Below, piece by piece: positions 1 through 8,826 of a DNA stretch of 64,000 nucleotides (position 1 is its first letter; each line of letters opens with the position of its first letter). The position numbers were made by a program, and so were the translations under genes. The stretch is from a virus. The stretch covers positions 29,689 through 93,688 of the IMG/VR virus record IMGVR_UViG_3300023210_000017; one strand, written 5' to 3'. The notes under the pieces are model-generated. The model was given only the letters and a program-made list of their open reading frames with translations. It searched no databases and had not been told where the DNA came from.

Positions 1-2
1 TA

Positions 3-1817
3 GCAAGCTCTTATAATGCATATGATGCGGTAGTTGGTCAAAGATATCCATCAAATGAATTTTTATCTGAAGCAAAATTAAAGGAATCTTTAGGGCTTCA
101 AAGTGCAAGTAAAGAGAAATTGGGTTATCCATATTATGATGATGGCGTATTAATGCAACAGGATCCTGATAAGTCAAGTGGATTTACACCTGTTTCAGAA
201 GGAACTAAAAATTGGATAGAATCAGTACCATATTTTAAACATACTAGAGAGGGTAAAACAAAGCTTGATTTTACAGCAGATAGTTGGGATACCCATGGTG
301 TAATGGTTGAAAACAAAGGTAGCAATATTTTTACAGCTTCAGATGATGATATTAAAAATAACAGAAATAAGTTTGCAAATTTATCTGAAAAAGAAAAGCA
401 AAAGCTTTATGCTCAAATGACTCCAGGTACAGTTGTATCATTTACAAGTCCTTTTGGTGCAAGTGATGGTAATTTAAGAATAGGTCTTAATGATAAGTAT
501 GGTTTAGGTAATTCAAGTCATAGTGCTCAAGTTGTTGGTTATGCTGAAGATGGTGTTCCAATTATATTTGACTATGGTGTGTATAGACGTATAGATGATG
601 ATGATGCAGCTCCAGTATACGGTGATATGAATACTTTAAGTAACATCACTATACCTAAAGCGCATATAGGTAAAAATCTTGAATGGGCTAAGAAAAATGG
701 TTACTTTGACAAAGAAGGACCTGGAGAATTAGATTTTGATTTAACCCCTTTATATGATGAGAAAAATGCAGATATAGATGAATTAGAACCATTTTATAAT
801 GCATTAAAAACTAACAAGCGTTCTTTAATGGATGATCTTAATATTAAATCTGAAAACTATGACATGATTGCCAAATCATTAATTGGCATAACAATGGAAG
901 AGACAGAAGGTGGTTCTGGATTGCAACATAATATTGAAAATAAAATGTTTAGTGTAGGTCAAGACAGTATTGGATTAACTCAGCTAATGTGGTCTAACAT
1001 TGAAAATGATCCTAAGTTAAAAAAAGTAGCTGCAAAATATGACATTACTAAAAAAAGTGATTTAAAAGACTCTGACAAAAGTGCTATTGCTTCCATGATA
1101 TATGGGCATAGAAACTTTTTATCAGCTAAAGAAAATTATAAAAAGGGTAAAGGAAAGCCTGGTATAAGAACATATAAAGCATCTGATAGCTGGAAAACTA
1201 CTGCTAAACAATATGCTTTAAAAGATCCTGTATATGATGGATATACATTTAGAACAGAAGAAGGTGTGGAAGTAGATTTCTTTACAGGTGCTAATGATGT
1301 TTGGAATCCTTTTTATGGTGTAGGTATGGATAAAAGTATAGAAAATATTCAAAGTCAATTTGAAAAAATAGCACCCGGTAAATATAAAGTACGTGAAGAA
1401 GATGGAGAGTATGTTGTTGATAAAACTACATTGGGTAATGGTAGGATTAATAAAGAAACAGGAGAACTAGAAGATCTTACAGACTCTGAAATATTTTCAT
1501 ATAATTGGAATTCACCTTATAGCTTATCTTCAGGAGATGCCCAAGGTGGTGCAGCATATGTAGAGGGTATACAAAATATAGGGAATCTTATACAAAAAAA
1601 GGTTGGAGGTGAGATTGCACGTAATCAAACTGTTTTAGAAAAGTTTAATTCAGGGGGAGCTAAAGAACTTAAATTATATAAAAATTATTTTAATGGAAAG
1701 GTGAAGAATGAAAAGGCACGTAAAAATTATGATAAACTTAATAGAGTTTATTACAAAGATGCTAAGGCTAAAAAAATGTCTTCACCTAATTATATATTAA
1801 CGCATGTAATTACATAG
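3..1817 (+). CDS. Virion-associated peptidoglycan hydrolase, 5'-truncated (NlpC/CHAP-like region plus lysozyme/SLT-like domain)
   Basis: The frame is open from position 3, so TTG at 120 is not the real start. 'TPGTVVSF...SSHSAQVVG' resembles the NlpC/CHAP His strand. 'LIGITMEETEGG...SIGLTQL...DLKDSDKSAIASMIY' matches the lytic transglycosylase E-S/T...GLxQ pattern. Confidence 0.6.
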   Translation, partial: ASSYNAYDAVVGQRYPSNEFLSEAKLKESLGLQSASKEKLGYPYYDDGVLMQQDPDKSSGFTPVSEGTKNWIESVPYFKHTREGKTKLDFTADSWDTHGVMVENKGSNIFTASDDDIKNNRNKFANLSEKEKQKLYAQMTPGTVVSFTSPFGASDGNLRIGLNDKYGLGNSSHSAQVVGYAEDGVPIIFDYGVYRRIDDDDAAPVYGDMNTLSNITIPKAHIGKNLEWAKKNGYFDKEGPGELDFDLTPLYDEKNADIDELEPFYNALKTNKRSLMDDLNIKSENYDMIAKSLIGITMEETEGGSGLQHNIENKMFSVGQDSIGLTQLMWSNIENDPKLKKVAAKYDITKKSDLKDSDKSAIASMIYGHRNFLSAKENYKKGKGKPGIRTYKASDSWKTTAKQYALKDPVYDGYTFRTEEGVEVDFFTGANDVWNPFYGVGMDKSIENIQSQFEKIAPGKYKVREEDGEYVVDKTTLGNGRINKETGELEDLTDSEIFSYNWNSPYSLSSGDAQGGAAYVEGIQNIGNLIQKKVGGEIARNQTVLEKFNSGGAKELKLYKNYFNGKVKNEKARKNYDKLNRVYYKDAKAKKMSSPNYILTHVIT

Positions 1818-1848
1818 CTACGCTTATTAGCAAATATCCTTATTTATT

Positions 1849-1858
1849 TGTATATTAT
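1849..1858 (+). promoter_or_regulatory. Putative late promoter motif TGTATATTAT
   Basis: Intergenic, 17 nt before ATG 1876. The identical 10-mer occurs at 35788 and 36210 before other + strand genes. Confidence 0.55.
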
Positions 1859-1875
1859 TAATATAGATTATCATC

Positions 1876-4800
1876 ATGGATTTAAAAAGCATAAATAAAA
1901 AAAGTTTAAATGGAAAGCCATTTCATAAAATGCCAGATGGATCTTGGATGCCCGGCACAAAGCATATGAAAAAAGGCGGAGAACTTGAAGAGACTGTTGT
2001 TAGTGAAAAAGGTTTTGATTATAAAAAAATCTATGATGCTAGTTCTGGTACAACAATGTATTATACAAAACCTTCAAGAGGTAAAAATTGGAAAGATCTT
2101 CAAGATGGTAGAAACAATAGAACATTAACTGTTGTTAAAACAAAAATATTTAAAGATGATTCTTTAAAAGAATTAAAAGAAGGTGGAGATTCTGAAGAGA
2201 AATATATTCCAACAATAGATGAAATTAAAAAAGGCGGTTACAAAGTTAAGGTAATAGCGTATGCTCCAAGTAAAAGCATGCCTCCTGGACATACAGAAGC
2301 TATACTCATTGATAAAAATGGAAACCCTGTTGATTATTATTATGATAAAGATGATAACAAAAAAGAAGCCTTTGTAAATAGATGGGAAGAAGGAGGAGAT
2401 GAAGGATCACAATTTGATGATGATGCTGGTTGGGATAATAGAAACAAAAGCTATTTTAAATCTAAATCTATAGAAGCTTTAAATAAAAAGATTAAAGCAA
2501 ACAAGTATAATAGAGCAATGGATCTAAATTTAGATTCTGATCAAATTGAAAATTTTTTAAACAGCACATCATTAGAAGGCGGCCTTGATTATAACTTCAT
2601 GGAAAATAATTGTGCTGACGGTGTATGTAGAGCTTTTGGTTTAGACTCAGATAAAGTTGGAGGAACATTTGGCACACAATGGGTAGGAACAGAACCACAA
2701 CAAGTATTTAGCCAATTGCAAGAAAACTATAAAGATCAAATTTCAGGTAAAGTAGTAGGAGAGCAAATGTCTAGAGAAGACTTTGTAAAACAAGCTGCGC
2801 TACTTGGAGCAGGAAATGTAGATGGGATAGGAGGTACTATATTACAAGGTATTGCAACACAACAAGTTAATGACCCGACCAGTCTTCTTAATGCAGCGGG
2901 GAATGCATACAAAGCTGGAAGATATGTAAAACAAAAACTGGAAGATTCTGCAGATTTTGTAGATGAAAATACAGATTTTTCTTCTGAAGGGGTGAGTAAT
3001 TTTTTCCCTTGGTGGGGTAATACAATTAATAGCGTATTTGGAGGAGATGAAAATTATTGGAAATATTCATCTCAAAAAAGAGCAGAAGCAGCAGCTAGAA
3101 AAAAGAAACGGGATGCAGATAATTGGGCCAACCCTGTTATAATAGATCCAACTTTAATGCAAGGTGATGAAACAAGGCAGGGCCCAGCATTTACTCAACC
3201 ATTTAATTTAAAAGAAGGTGGACAATTACCTACAGCGCAAAATGGAAATGGTAGATATTCAGATTTAACTTCTAGGTATGGTAGTTATAATCAATGGAAT
3301 CAAAGCAATGATAGGTCTGTTAGAGCGCCTGTTCAAAGCGCTTATTTGCCAATGAACTTAGGAGCAAGAGGTGATGTGATAGGTGCAGTTTCCACTCTTG
3401 TTGAAGGTGCTGGAAGATTATTTGGCGGTAAAGATAGAGATGGAGATGGGCTAATGGATGGAGCTTTTAGAGATAATAAAGCTAAAAGAAAAAGACATAA
3501 AGCTAGAAGGCAATTAGAAAAATCTCAAAACTATGATTATAAAGTTACAGCTGATCCTAATGATCCAACTAAATATGTAGATTCATCAACAAATCTTTAC
3601 AATGCTAGTAAGAAAAAAAATCCTGAATCTTTGCAAACTGTTGATAGTTGGAAAGGTGAGTTAAATGAAGATAATACATTTTTAGACTTTGATGTTGCAT
3701 CAAATCAATATACGGCTAGCTATATGGATCCTGATCTTATGTCAAAAAATAAAAAACTTAGACCTACTAATACTGTTAAAGATTTTCAATCTCGTAAAGA
3801 AAAGCTGGATACTGGCAAGTATAATGAACTTAGCTTATTAGGTCAAGATGCTGATGCATTTAATGCTGCTAATGACATACCCGAAGGTACTACATTTGGC
3901 ATGAATGAAAATGGTCAAAGTACATATTATGCGCCTAATGCACAGACAGAAGAAGAAAAAACAAATTACTATAATACAATGATGATGAAAAAATTTGGAG
4001 GACACATGCAAGAAGGTGGGCAACCATCTCCAGAAGAAATGGCAATGATGCAGGCTCAACAAGAACAAGCGCCACAACAACAAGCACCGCAAGAAGGTGG
4101 TGAAGAAGCTGTAGTTCAACTTATGGAAGAAATAAAAGGAGCTCTTGAAGGTGGTGCTAAACCACAAGAAGTAATGGTGCAGTTAATACAAAGTGGTATG
4201 CCGCCTGAATCTGTGGCTCAAGTATTTGTACAATTAGGAATGCCCGAAGATCAAATAGGTCCAGCTATAGAACAAGCAATGACTCAAGCTCAAGGTCAGC
4301 AAGGCGCTGAACCTTCTGAAGAAGAAATGATGGCGGCTCAACAATCACAAGCTGGAGCACCTGCTCCACCAATGATGAGATATGGAGGTGGAGATTCACC
4401 TTTTGCGGAAGCACATCCATTGTCTGCATTTGCATATGGTGGTGATAACGATTATGTTGAAACAGGAGAAGGACTTTTAGATGAAGATAACTTTATTAAA
4501 ACTAAACGTAAAAGAAATGGAAAAATTAAACAAAAAGAAATTTCTGAAAAAAGATTTAATAGAATTCAAGATAGATATGAAAGAAAAGGTGGACACGATG
4601 GTGGAGATAACCCCAATGTAGATAACACTGTTAATAGAAGAGGTAATAAAAGTGTTTCTGATATGAATGCTGGAATACCTTGGGAAGATTATACACGACC
4701 TAGCTTGATAAGACCTCAGTTAAGAACTCCTTATGAACGTCCACTTGCTATGGTTGAACCTGACCTAATATTTGATGATCCTTCAACTATAGAAGCACCA

Positions 4801-5649
4801 GCATTTAATGCAATGCAAGAGTTGAATAGTGCTGATGCTCAATACTCACCGACCCCTTCTTTTATTAGTAGTTCTGATCCTATGGCTGCTGCTATGGCAG
4901 CAGATGCTACAAGTACTCCATCATTTGCATATGGTGGTCAAGCTCAAGATGGAACTGAAATAAATCCAGCACAATTTGCAGCTGAACAAGATACATATGC
5001 AGCATCTGAAGGAGATCCTATGGCTCAACAAATGATGCAAGAGTCTAATCCACAAGGTGGTTCTGGAGATTTAATTCAAGAAGTTTTAGCAGCTTTATCA
5101 CAAGGAGTAGGTCCAGAACAAGTATATACTAAAATAATGGAAATGGGCATTGATCAAGAGCAAGCTGGTCAAATTATACAGCAAGCTATGGCAATGATGA
5201 ATCAAGGTGGACCAAGTAATCAAGCGCCTGCTGAAGATGATGGATATGCTCAAATGCTTTCACAGCTTCAAGATCAAAGAGATTCTTTTAAGAATGAATA
5301 TAGAAGAGATGTAAATAAATTAGGTGGAGGTGCAGCTATGCAAAATGCTCAGAATGGTACTGGTAGAGTTGTAAAATCAGACACAACTAAAACATCTAAA
5401 TTTTGGCCTAGAGAAAAAACATCTGCTATTTTTAATGAATTTCTTGGACAGGGTTATAGTGCAGAAGAAGCTAGAAATAACATATACAATATGAATGTAA
5501 TCTCTGAAAAAGATTATGATTTTGTTAGAGGGTTGGGAGCTAAAAAGAAAAAATTAAAGAAAAGAGGTGGTCAATCAGATTCTGTAGAATTAACTACTAA
5601 GCAAATTGCTCAAATAATCGCTGCAGGTGGCAGTGTTAAATACGTATAA
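1876..5649 (+). CDS. Virion cargo-like protein (1257 aa) with a permuted papain-like peptidase domain and many xxxGG motifs
   Basis: 'PPGHTEA...LDYNFMENNCADGV' places His before NC, as in PPPDE/LRAT-type permuted peptidases. Also Q/M/E-rich linkers, a duplicated helical domain and a DRDGDG Ca-loop-like motif. Confidence 0.6.
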   Translation: MDLKSINKKSLNGKPFHKMPDGSWMPGTKHMKKGGELEETVVSEKGFDYKKIYDASSGTTMYYTKPSRGKNWKDLQDGRNNRTLTVVKTKIFKDDSLKELKEGGDSEEKYIPTIDEIKKGGYKVKVIAYAPSKSMPPGHTEAILIDKNGNPVDYYYDKDDNKKEAFVNRWEEGGDEGSQFDDDAGWDNRNKSYFKSKSIEALNKKIKANKYNRAMDLNLDSDQIENFLNSTSLEGGLDYNFMENNCADGVCRAFGLDSDKVGGTFGTQWVGTEPQQVFSQLQENYKDQISGKVVGEQMSREDFVKQAALLGAGNVDGIGGTILQGIATQQVNDPTSLLNAAGNAYKAGRYVKQKLEDSADFVDENTDFSSEGVSNFFPWWGNTINSVFGGDENYWKYSSQKRAEAAARKKKRDADNWANPVIIDPTLMQGDETRQGPAFTQPFNLKEGGQLPTAQNGNGRYSDLTSRYGSYNQWNQSNDRSVRAPVQSAYLPMNLGARGDVIGAVSTLVEGAGRLFGGKDRDGDGLMDGAFRDNKAKRKRHKARRQLEKSQNYDYKVTADPNDPTKYVDSSTNLYNASKKKNPESLQTVDSWKGELNEDNTFLDFDVASNQYTASYMDPDLMSKNKKLRPTNTVKDFQSRKEKLDTGKYNELSLLGQDADAFNAANDIPEGTTFGMNENGQSTYYAPNAQTEEEKTNYYNTMMMKKFGGHMQEGGQPSPEEMAMMQAQQEQAPQQQAPQEGGEEAVVQLMEEIKGALEGGAKPQEVMVQLIQSGMPPESVAQVFVQLGMPEDQIGPAIEQAMTQAQGQQGAEPSEEEMMAAQQSQAGAPAPPMMRYGGGDSPFAEAHPLSAFAYGGDNDYVETGEGLLDEDNFIKTKRKRNGKIKQKEISEKRFNRIQDRYERKGGHDGGDNPNVDNTVNRRGNKSVSDMNAGIPWEDYTRPSLIRPQLRTPYERPLAMVEPDLIFDDPSTIEAPAFNAMQELNSADAQYSPTPSFISSSDPMAAAMAADATSTPSFAYGGQAQDGTEINPAQFAAEQDTYAASEGDPMAQQMMQESNPQGGSGDLIQEVLAALSQGVGPEQVYTKIMEMGIDQEQAGQIIQQAMAMMNQGGPSNQAPAEDDGYAQMLSQLQDQRDSFKNEYRRDVNKLGGGAAMQNAQNGTGRVVKSDTTKTSKFWPREKTSAIFNEFLGQGYSAEEARNNIYNMNVISEKDYDFVRGLGAKKKKLKKRGGQSDSVELTTKQIAQIIAAGGSVKYV

Positions 5650-5650
5650 T

Positions 5651-8600
5651 ATGCCTAAAATAAAAAATACAAAACATAGAGTTTTAATATCTAATCTTCC
5701 TAAAGGGTTTGAATTAGTTGATGGTGAATTAGTAAAAAAAGCACATGGTGGTTTAGTTACTGGAGATCAACATAACTATGGTTTAGTTACATTTAATCCA
5801 CACGCAGGTGATTCAGAAAATGATAGAGATGTAGATGTAAGATATAGTTTATCTTCAGTGCCTAGAGATGCTGCTAATATAGAAGCTGAAGGAGGCGAGA
5901 CTGTATTAACAGATCTTACTAATGATGGTAACTATGGATTGTATGATATAACAGGACCTAAACATTCTAAAGGTGGTGTACCAATGTTCTTACCTGAACA
6001 ATCTTTTATTTTTTCTGATACAGAGAAGATGAAGATGGATAAAACAGAGCTTGCTGAATTTGGAATTGAATCTAAAAAGAAGATGACCCCAGCTAAGGTT
6101 TCTAAAAAGTTTGATTTAAATAGATACTATGGTTTATTAAATAGTGAATATGCAGATAAGACACAGGCAAATTCTGCAGAACTTATGCTTACAAAAAATT
6201 CAGAGTCTCTTTCTAAATTAGCATTTGGTCAAGAATTGAAAAAGGATTTTGAAGAAGGTGTTCCTGTAGCAGCTCATCCATATCTTAATTCTATTGGTAT
6301 AGATCCAATGGAGTTTACTGCACAAGTAGAACAAAGACAACAAGGTGGCCAAGAGCAAATGGGTGAAATGAGATATGGTGGTATATTACGTAAAGCACAA
6401 GTGGCTGGACCTGCTCCTTGTCCAGAAGGACAAGAATGGGATGATGCTGTACAGGCGTGTGTATTAAAAGAATCAACAAGCGAACAACCAAATGGTCCAT
6501 TTGCTCCACAAAATCAATATACTTCTTCAGCATATTCTGAGTATGAAAATGATGACATAAATGATGGTACTTTACCTGCAAATCCTGGACAATTTGGACT
6601 TACTCGACCTGAAACTCCTGCTGTTGAAACTCCTACTTATGGAGCGCCAACTGTAGAAAGAACAAATAAAAAAGGAATGGGTGCAAGAATGGAGCAAGGA
6701 TTAGATAGATTTATGGATAGTCCTGGAGTGGATAAATTTGCAGAAATTGGATCTTTTGGTGTAGCAGCTGCAAATGTTGGGAATCAAATAGCTCTTAATA
6801 CTAAAGGTGAGCAAGCTAAACAAGATATGCTGAAAATGAGCATGGTAGATAATTCCGTTGGTGTTGTAGATTATGATCCAAATGCTCTGGGGTACACGGG
6901 TGTACAAGAAGGTCTTATAAATAAAACCCTGCAAGGTCAAGGTCCTTCTGGATATAATGGTTACTATGGAGAAGATGGGATGGAAATACCAAAGGCTCAA
7001 GAAGGTACAGAAACTGGATATTATGATGTTATGGGAAATTGGTACCCTATTGATAAACCATTATCTACCGGAACTGATTTTGCTATGGTAAATGGATTTA
7101 GTGCAACGAAAGAAGAGTTAGATCAATTTGTAATAGATCAACAAGCTGAATTTGATAGACAAACTGCAGAATTAAACGGTACTCCAGCAAAAGCAGAACA
7201 ACTATGGGAATCAGGCAAAACATATAAAGGTGGTTCTCCTGAATGGAATCAATGGTATATGTCTGATAATGCTGAACAATATAGAGATGATAGATATACT
7301 GCATATAAAGCCCGTAGGGAATCAAAAGGTTTAAAATCTTTAGATGCAGATGCTTACCACGATATATATCTAAGAGGTCAAAAGCAAATTAATGCTATAC
7401 AACAAAGGTATGAAAGTGATCCAACTACTTTAACAGATAAAAAGTGGGATGCAACTCAAAATGATTTCTATAACGAGCAGATTGACCTTTTAAATGCAGA
7501 TATAGAAGCTGCAAATACTGCAGGTCTAGCAGCAGATCCTGACTATAAAGCAAAACCTTTATATAAAGGATTATCTGATAGTGAGGTTGGTGATTTTCAA
7601 TCAGGATATATAGGAGGAAAGTTTCTTCAATCTAATATTGGCGGTACTTCAAAAGATTTAGTAGACATGATTCATAAAGGTGTCAATGATCAAACTGTTA
7701 ATGTAGGTGCTGATACTTATAACATATCACCAGAAGATAAGTGGTTTGGAGATACAACGGTTGGACAATGGGAAGAAAAAACAATACCCACCTATAATGA
7801 AAAGACTGAAAAATGTGAGTGTGAATTTGAAGGTCAGACATTTGAAATGACACCACTTAATGATGGCGGCTGCCCACCATGTCCTGAAAAAGAGCAAAAA
7901 ATATTAGATGATGCAGAAGTACCTGAAGAAATAGCACCTACTGCAAAGGTTCCTTTTATACAAGACATTTTAAAGTTAAGATCTATTGCAAATAGGAAAA
8001 GAGATTTATTTTTACCATGGGAACCTGCTGAACGAAAGGTACGGTATGAAGATGTATTAGAAGATCCAACTAGAATAATAGCTGCTGCAAATTCAGATGC
8101 TAATGCAGCAATGCAAGCAGCTGGAGCATTTGCTGGACCACAAGCTTTAGGAGCAAGAACTGCTGCTATTCAAGGTCAAAATGCTAGAGCTATTGCAGAT
8201 CAAGTTGGAGCAGTTAATCAAAGAAATGTTGCAACTATTAATAGAGGTAATGCAGTTAGAGGTCAATTTGAAGATTCATATAATCAAAGAAGTAATGCTA
8301 GCAATAAAAGAGTATATGATAATACTATGAAAGCCCTTCAAATAGGAATGGATGAGCAAAACTTTGATAATGAGCAATATATAGATCAATTGGGTAATAC
8401 AATTACAAATGCATCACATGCATATAATGATAACTCATTGAGAGATTATTATGGTTATAATCCTTTAAAAGGTGGAGATGTATATCAAAAAGGAAGCAAA
8501 GCTTTTAAACCTGTACCAGAAGTAGATAGATTTGCACATGTAGATAAAGCTGGTGAAATAGCAAAGCGTTATAGACTAGCTACAAATTCAGAACCATCTA

Positions 8601-8767
8601 AAGAAATGATGAATTATTTAATGGGTATAGAATCAAGCAAAAAGTCAAATTCAAATGAAACATATGCTCAGAGAGAAAGAAGAAATGAACAAGGCGCAAG
8701 CAGAAAAAAAGGTGGAGCAATGAAAGCATGGGCATCTCCATTTTACACAGGAAAGATGGGTGTTTAA
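5651..8767 (+). CDS. Virion cargo/internal protein (about 1038 aa; real start probably ATG 5651)
   Basis: ATG lies 1 nt after the upstream TAA. 'NIEAEGGE...GPKHSKGGVP' is a motif seen in Bacteroidota-phage virion proteins. The C-terminal region is Ala/Gln/Asn-rich and helical, and there are Cys motifs CPEGQEWDDAVQAC and CEC...CPPC. Confidence 0.6.
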   Translation: MPKIKNTKHRVLISNLPKGFELVDGELVKKAHGGLVTGDQHNYGLVTFNPHAGDSENDRDVDVRYSLSSVPRDAANIEAEGGETVLTDLTNDGNYGLYDITGPKHSKGGVPMFLPEQSFIFSDTEKMKMDKTELAEFGIESKKKMTPAKVSKKFDLNRYYGLLNSEYADKTQANSAELMLTKNSESLSKLAFGQELKKDFEEGVPVAAHPYLNSIGIDPMEFTAQVEQRQQGGQEQMGEMRYGGILRKAQVAGPAPCPEGQEWDDAVQACVLKESTSEQPNGPFAPQNQYTSSAYSEYENDDINDGTLPANPGQFGLTRPETPAVETPTYGAPTVERTNKKGMGARMEQGLDRFMDSPGVDKFAEIGSFGVAAANVGNQIALNTKGEQAKQDMLKMSMVDNSVGVVDYDPNALGYTGVQEGLINKTLQGQGPSGYNGYYGEDGMEIPKAQEGTETGYYDVMGNWYPIDKPLSTGTDFAMVNGFSATKEELDQFVIDQQAEFDRQTAELNGTPAKAEQLWESGKTYKGGSPEWNQWYMSDNAEQYRDDRYTAYKARRESKGLKSLDADAYHDIYLRGQKQINAIQQRYESDPTTLTDKKWDATQNDFYNEQIDLLNADIEAANTAGLAADPDYKAKPLYKGLSDSEVGDFQSGYIGGKFLQSNIGGTSKDLVDMIHKGVNDQTVNVGADTYNISPEDKWFGDTTVGQWEEKTIPTYNEKTEKCECEFEGQTFEMTPLNDGGCPPCPEKEQKILDDAEVPEEIAPTAKVPFIQDILKLRSIANRKRDLFLPWEPAERKVRYEDVLEDPTRIIAAANSDANAAMQAAGAFAGPQALGARTAAIQGQNARAIADQVGAVNQRNVATINRGNAVRGQFEDSYNQRSNASNKRVYDNTMKALQIGMDEQNFDNEQYIDQLGNTITNASHAYNDNSLRDYYGYNPLKGGDVYQKGSKAFKPVPEVDRFAHVDKAGEIAKRYRLATNSEPSKEMMNYLMGIESSKKSNSNETYAQRERRNEQGASRKKGGAMKAWASPFYTGKMGV

Positions 8768-8826
8768 ACTTTAAAAGTGTTTTTAATTTGTTTTTTAAAC
8801 CTATAAAATTTTATTAATTTAGCAAT

